IMG/VR virus record: IMGVR_UViG_3300031414_000008
Coordinates: 96,001 to 160,000 of that record
Direction: 5' to 3' (one strand)
DNA length: 64,000 nt
From: a virus
Below, one piece after another: positions 58,978 through 64,000 of this stretch (position 1 is the stretch's first letter; each line of letters opens with the position of its first letter). The notes under the pieces were generated by a model. It was given only the letters and a program-made list of their open reading frames with translations. It did not search any database and was not told where the DNA came from. The position numbers and the translations under genes are program-made.

Positions 58978-60382
58978 CTGTTACTCCTTGCGGCAGTACT
59001 GCCGTTTCGTCTGGGTTCTTCACGATACCGACGTTGATCGGAATCGGTTTGATCGTCGCTCCACGGTCAGGGCCTGTGTCAGCACGCGATCCGGCTTGCA
59101 GTAAGGCAGCGGCCGCCGCGGCGTCCATACGGGATCCCCCGACAAGTGCGTTCGAGTCAGAATCCCCAGAACCGCCATGTGAACCCTTGATGACAGAGCC
59201 GTCGGCACCGTTCGGGGTCATGAAGCCGTTGTCCAGGAAGCGACCGACCCGGGAGGCGATCGTCTGTGGGAAGTTCACGAACTGGCCCACTGCGTTCTCG
59301 ATTCTATCAGGAATCGCCTGGATAGCGCCAACGGTACCGGTCACGGAGTCCATCATCTGGTCCAGACCGCGTTCGACGACCGTCAGGTACGACGTGGCTT
59401 CATCAACGTACGAGTTCACCTTGTTGACGATCGCGTTCGGGATAGCCAGGAAGTCGTTCAGGACGTTGTTCCATTCCGTCAGGATCGCAGCGATATCCTC
59501 AGGACCGATACCCAGCAGGTCTTTCATCGTCGGGATCGAGTTGATCGCCTGCGTGTACACGCCGAAGATGTTGAAGTTCGCGTTCGGGTTGTACTGTCCG
59601 AGCATTTCGTTCGCGTTCGTCGTACGGCCACGGGCGTCAATCTCCGCCATCATGTCGTTGTACTTCGTGTAGATGTCAGAAGCAGTGATCGTCGGCGTCG
59701 GACGGGATCCCAGGAAGTTCTCGTCCTGATAGTCCGTCACTTCACCGGAGTCGTTCTCAAAGTACGCGTCCGTTGAACGGAAGATCGTCTCCTTAACGAG
59801 GAAGCCCATCGAGAAGCCGATATCAGTGTCACGGTTGGCGTTCTGCTGCACGGAAAACGACGTGATCGACCCGAAAAACGTGGCGTTCGGCAGGGCCAAC
59901 TCGACGAGCGAGTAGTTCTGAGCTGCCTTGGTCCCACGAAGGTGCTTGGTGTACAGCTGGGCGAAACGGGCGAACTGGTCGTTATCCAGGTCATCCGTCA
60001 GGACGCCAGAGATGCGGATCGCCAGCGGAGCCTGGCCGTAGAAGTACACACACTCATGCCCACCGAAGGTGTGGAACACCTGGTACTTTTCCTGGATGTC
60101 GTACGCCAGGTCGGTCATGATGAAGTCTTTGTAGCCACCGTTCGACTCGTCCTGGTTCATCATACGCTTGAACGCGACAGCCTCGAAGTAAGGCATGCCG
60201 GCGGTCAGGGCGTTGATCGTATCGGCCGTTGGGTCTTCCGACATGACGAGACGAAGCGTCGCCGCTTCACCACGCGTCGGGTTATCCTCACTGGAAGCGT
60301 AATAGCGAGGACGGACGGTGAACGCACGTTCACCCTCCTGGTTAATACGGGCAATGCCGTACTTGTTAGCGAAATCAGCCAT
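58970..60382 (-). CDS. tail/baseplate initiator-like structural protein
   Basis: 470 aa between the tape measure and hub; EKYQVFHTFG...FYG. Confidence 0.55.
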   Translation of the reverse strand: MADFANKYGIARINQEGERAFTVRPRYYASSEDNPTRGEAATLRLVMSEDPTADTINALTAGMPYFEAVAFKRMMNQDESNGGYKDFIMTDLAYDIQEKYQVFHTFGGHECVYFYGQAPLAIRISGVLTDDLDNDQFARFAQLYTKHLRGTKAAQNYSLVELALPNATFFGSITSFSVQQNANRDTDIGFSMGFLVKETIFRSTDAYFENDSGEVTDYQDENFLGSRPTPTITASDIYTKYNDMMAEIDARGRTTNANEMLGQYNPNANFNIFGVYTQAINSIPTMKDLLGIGPEDIAAILTEWNNVLNDFLAIPNAIVNKVNSYVDEATSYLTVVERGLDQMMDSVTGTVGAIQAIPDRIENAVGQFVNFPQTIASRVGRFLDNGFMTPNGADGSVIKGSHGGSGDSDSNALVGGSRMDAAAAAALLQAGSRADTGPDRGATIKPIPINVGIVKNPDETAVLPQGVTDE

Positions 60383-60584
60383 TGGTATCCTCTACGATTC
60401 TCGTGATACGCACAACGTTTCCGCCCTCGAGCATTTCACGCTGCATGAAAATCCCGCCCATCTGCAGCGGGATGTAAGTCTTAGTGCCACCAGAGTTCTG
60501 GTAACGAATGCCCTCCATGGCACTCGCAACTTGCTGACGGAAGATTTCCGTGGCATTCATGTTGACGATCAGGATGTTATTCAT
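60375..60584 (-). CDS. hypothetical protein
   Basis: GGAGG RBS, coupled gene. Confidence 0.6.
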   Translation of the reverse strand: MNNILIVNMNATEIFRQQVASAMEGIRYQNSGGTKTYIPLQMGGIFMQREMLEGGNVVRITRIVEDTNG

Positions 60585-63500
60585 TGTCTTCCTCCGAAGT
60601 TCGGTGTTACGTTACCGGCGCCCGGTTTCGTAAGGGTCTTATTCAGATTTTCGATCGCTAATGCCAATCTCGGGTCGGTTGAACCGCCTGCTTTTGCTGC
60701 TTTTGACAGCTCGGCAGCCGCTTTCGTTAACGCGTCAGCTGAACCGGACAGTCCCTCTGTCGCTTTCCCGATGTTATCCGCCACATCCCCGAAGGATTTA
60801 ATGAACTCTTCGCCACCGAACTTCTGTGACAGACGACCCATTTCATCCTTGTCTTGGCTCGCCGCCTGGTTCGCCGCAGTTGAGATCTCCGCACCCTTCT
60901 TGATCTTGTCCGCCAGGGCCGTAACCCCGCCGTTCATCAGGGAGGTATCAGACAGAGAGTCGAGAGCATCGATGTCACTGCCAGTACGGCCGTTCTTCTG
61001 CATGCCAAACTTCAGGCCCTTGCGGATCGTCCCAACGTCCATGCCCTCGATGGTCTTGGCAACGTTCTTCGCGATGTTCTCACGGTACGCGTCACCCTCT
61101 TCGCCGAACAGCACGCCAGCATTTTTATTGTCACCCCGGCCGAGCGCTAGGATACCCTGCTCGATCTTGTCGGTAGCGGACTTGTCCATCCCGGACATCT
61201 TCTGCATCGCCAGGAATTCTTCCACACGGGAACGTTCTTCAGCGGTCAGTGAGTTCGGATCCTGCTTGTACTTGGCCAGGAGCTTACCGAAATCGCCTGA
61301 GAAGTAGGAATTCTCACCGCCACCGGCCTCATAGAGGTCGCCGAGGTCTGCTTTACCGGTACGCGACATCGATCCGATCGCTGCGTTGAAGACTCGGGCC
61401 CCGTCACCGTCCTTGAAGGCTCCGGTATCGCGTCCCAGAGTCGGCGGTGCCAGTCCGAACAGGTCGAATTTGCTCCACCAGGACTCTTCTCCGGTCTTCC
61501 CGAAGGCTTTCACGAAGTCGTCAGAGACGCGAGGGTTCAGATCCATCGCCGTCACCTTCGTTTCTTTCGCACGGCCCGTCTGCAGAGCACGGTTCATCTG
61601 GTCAGCGTACTGGGAACGTGACATTCCCTGTGCCGAACCGATATCTCCCTTCTTCAGGCGGTAGTAAGCGTCCAGATCTGCACGGTTGTCCTGGTTTTTA
61701 CCCAGTCCGGCGTACAGTTTCTTGGCCATCTTCCCGATTTCAGACTCCGGATCGGCATTCAGAACGTCGTTTGAGAGTGACTTCAGGATACCGTCGTAGG
61801 CCGTCGAGCGGGTTTCGTTGCCCATGTACGATGAGTACGCCCCGATGTCGAGCTCTTTACGAACCTGTTGGCCATTCTCCATTGCCCACGTTGCTGCACC
61901 CTTGGAGTTCGGGTTCTCACGGCCCATCACAGACGCCTGGAATTGATCCCACTTGTCAGACATGCCGGCACGGAAGGACGTGAACGCCCCAGCGATGCCG
62001 GAAGAGTCATCGAGCATCTCACGGTTGAACTGACGGAAACGCTGGATAGAGTTGCCCAGGATCGGCACACCGGCAAGCGTGTCGTAGCCCTGCTGGGACA
62101 TCCATTGGTTCATCTGCTTGTCGGCAGAGCCACGAGATGCATTCTCCATACGACGCTGGTACTCTGGATCCATCTTCATCTTGAACTGCAGGCCGTACGT
62201 ACGGGCTTCTTCCTCAGAGAGGTAGCCGTTCGCCGTCGCCCAACCGAGCGCTGCCCGGAGATCAACCTTACCGTCCTTGCCACGGGCCGACGGGATGTTC
62301 GCCGTCTGGTCGTACAGGAAGTTCATCACCGTTTCCATCGATGAGTGGTTGTTCAGGTACTCAGTGGTACGGACCCCGGAGTTCAGGATATCGTCACCGT
62401 AAGACTGCAGCGGGTTCCCGGCACGGCGTTTACCGTAGGCCTGAGCCACGTTCAGCATGTTCCCAGAGCCGAGCTCAGCGCCGGAGTTGATCGCTGCTTT
62501 GAAGTACGGCATCGAGAAGATACGTCCTGCACCTTCCATCGCGTACTGCGTCGCACCCTCTACGCCCCCCAGTGCCGCGGCGTCCGCTTGGTTCAGTGAA
62601 CCGGTCTTGTACGCGTTAGCAAAGCCTGCATAGATCGATGCCGCTTGACGTTGACCCATGACCGGGAGCATGCCGAGACGCTGAGCGATCATCTGGCCTT
62701 GGTTACCCACGGTGTTCATGATCTGCTCGGCAGAGGACCCGGAAATCCCTGCAGCCATCCCCATTTCGCTCATGACACGGGTCACGGCGCCTGGGTTAGA
62801 AACCCCTGCGGCCTTCAGACGGGCCATGTACTGGATCGCTTCTTTGACGGACGTCGTGTTGGCGACCGCCATGATCATCTTCACGGAATCCGCCATGCCA
62901 GACACGCGTTTCTTCATGTCGTCGACGTTCAGGTTGCCGATATCGTTGAAGATACCTGCTTGCATCCCGTAGTCGGCCATGGCCGAGTAGTCACCCGGCT
63001 GGAAGCCCATGTCGCGGATGTTGTCCTGCATGAACGCCTGGGACAGACGGTTAGCATGACGTGCGGAAATACCGAAAGATCCCATGTTGGGACCGGCTTG
63101 TCCGCCGACGAACTGGTTAGCCGTGTTGGCAAGCATCGCGTCCTCACCACGACGCAGACCGATGTACGGCTCCGCAGCGTAGTAGTTAGCGGCTTTCGCT
63201 ACACCTGCACCTACCGCCAGCGGCGCTGCGATCGAACCGACCAGGCCACCGACTACGGCACCGGCTCCACCGAGAACCGTCCCTGCACCGCCCAACATTC
63301 CACCCAGTCCCATTAAGCGTCCAGCACCGCCGATGAACCCGCCGGCCACTGACCCCACGCCACGACCCAGGACCGAACCTGCTGCCGCACCGAGAGACTG
63401 TTGTGCTGCAGTCGCACCCCACGCGGCCGCCGCCGCACGCATACCCTGTCCACGGTAAATCGCTCCGGCATACGCCGCACCACGATCCCAGAGCCCCGCT

Positions 63501-63865
63501 GTCGGTGAACGTGCAGCGACCTTCATTCCGAAGAACTTGTTCGCTCCGTACCATGCCGCCAGTGGGATACCGACCTTGGTGACGCCGTTAACGAAGGCAT
63601 CCGAGTGCATCGTGTTAAGAGACCAGTTGTTCGCCCGTTCGTCCTCGGAAGGGTCAGACGCGTACGTCCCGATCGGGTTGAACATGTACTGGTTCTTGAG
63701 GGCTTCCATGTACCCGCGGTTGACGGAGTATGGATTGAAGGGATCCGTATCCGACGCGTACGCCGGACGGAAGTTGGACATGTAAGCCGGCGTGGTGTAC
63801 GCCGGGTTGATACCAAAGCCGTAGTAAGACGACATTGGTGATTGTGAAAACATGTTATCAGCCAT
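60581..63865 (-). CDS. tape measure-like protein
   Basis: About 1094 aa, Gly/Ala-rich and helical; GGAGG RBS before ATG 63865. Confidence 0.7.
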   Translation of the reverse strand: MADNMFSQSPMSSYYGFGINPAYTTPAYMSNFRPAYASDTDPFNPYSVNRGYMEALKNQYMFNPIGTYASDPSEDERANNWSLNTMHSDAFVNGVTKVGIPLAAWYGANKFFGMKVAARSPTAGLWDRGAAYAGAIYRGQGMRAAAAAWGATAAQQSLGAAAGSVLGRGVGSVAGGFIGGAGRLMGLGGMLGGAGTVLGGAGAVVGGLVGSIAAPLAVGAGVAKAANYYAAEPYIGLRRGEDAMLANTANQFVGGQAGPNMGSFGISARHANRLSQAFMQDNIRDMGFQPGDYSAMADYGMQAGIFNDIGNLNVDDMKKRVSGMADSVKMIMAVANTTSVKEAIQYMARLKAAGVSNPGAVTRVMSEMGMAAGISGSSAEQIMNTVGNQGQMIAQRLGMLPVMGQRQAASIYAGFANAYKTGSLNQADAAALGGVEGATQYAMEGAGRIFSMPYFKAAINSGAELGSGNMLNVAQAYGKRRAGNPLQSYGDDILNSGVRTTEYLNNHSSMETVMNFLYDQTANIPSARGKDGKVDLRAALGWATANGYLSEEEARTYGLQFKMKMDPEYQRRMENASRGSADKQMNQWMSQQGYDTLAGVPILGNSIQRFRQFNREMLDDSSGIAGAFTSFRAGMSDKWDQFQASVMGRENPNSKGAATWAMENGQQVRKELDIGAYSSYMGNETRSTAYDGILKSLSNDVLNADPESEIGKMAKKLYAGLGKNQDNRADLDAYYRLKKGDIGSAQGMSRSQYADQMNRALQTGRAKETKVTAMDLNPRVSDDFVKAFGKTGEESWWSKFDLFGLAPPTLGRDTGAFKDGDGARVFNAAIGSMSRTGKADLGDLYEAGGGENSYFSGDFGKLLAKYKQDPNSLTAEERSRVEEFLAMQKMSGMDKSATDKIEQGILALGRGDNKNAGVLFGEEGDAYRENIAKNVAKTIEGMDVGTIRKGLKFGMQKNGRTGSDIDALDSLSDTSLMNGGVTALADKIKKGAEISTAANQAASQDKDEMGRLSQKFGGEEFIKSFGDVADNIGKATEGLSGSADALTKAAAELSKAAKAGGSTDPRLALAIENLNKTLTKPGAGNVTPNFGGRQ

Positions 63866-64000
63866 GCAATTCCTCCAGACCTGTAACTTTGAGATAAGAA
63901 TCCTGACCGTCACGCACCAACTTGGCCTCAAGGGTCTTGTTGCGGTACTGGCTGTATTCTTTAAGCATTTCCGTCATGCGGTTCTGCTTCGTTTGTGGCG
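63858..64000 (-). CDS. 3' end of upstream gene (possible tail assembly chaperone)
   Basis: Open frame ...MTEMLKEYSQYRNKTLEAK...LHG, with its TGA overlapping the tape measure ATG. Confidence 0.55.
   Translation of the reverse strand, partial: PQTKQNRMTEMLKEYSQYRNKTLEAKLVRDGQDSYLKVTGLEELHG

Noticed and set aside
1-64000. Genome-wide TAG reassignment suggested by the CUA tRNA
   Set aside because: Long conserved genes (nrdA, nrdB, hub, tape measure) are uninterrupted in the standard code, and several genes end cleanly at TAG. I found only one clear internal TAG.
1-64000. CRISPR array, integrase, transposase, homing endonuclease
   Set aside because: I saw no regularly spaced direct repeats and none of the corresponding protein motifs.

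Overview
This window is part of a large tailed-phage genome, most likely a contractile-tailed lytic myovirus. The host is probably an enterobacterium, because NrdA/NrdB are E. coli-like and NrdB carries the NVQVAPQEVEVSSY tail. Bases 1-47.8 kb are almost all + strand. They hold many small accessory genes, 24 canonical sense tRNAs covering all 20 amino acids, and about 10 tRNA-like or otherwise structured non-coding units. They also hold anti-defence-type genes (Acb2, two Tad2/DUF2829-like, macrodomain, alarmone hydrolase, an MqsA-N-like zinc ribbon), a block of very basic Gly/Ala-rich probable head-packaged proteins, and nucleotide metabolism genes (nrdA, nrdB, dNMP kinase, MazG-like, HD). Bases 47.8-64 kb are a - strand tail/baseplate module that also contains a sigma factor and a stand-alone RNA polymerase beta-prime zinc-domain protein. 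The most striking observation is a candidate translation-rescue and recoding system. A Pth2-like peptidyl-tRNA hydrolase gene has a good RBS and ATG but an in-frame TAG at codon 3. An amber-suppressor tRNA (anticodon CUA) lies about 1.3 kb downstream, and a stop-codon-terminated, tail-less ArfA is also present. A -35-less promoter-like motif, GGTATAAG(T/A)A-N3-TGTA, occurs 15 times on + and once on -. All protein assignments come from motifs recognised by eye, and RNA pairings were read by hand. No searches or folding programs were run.
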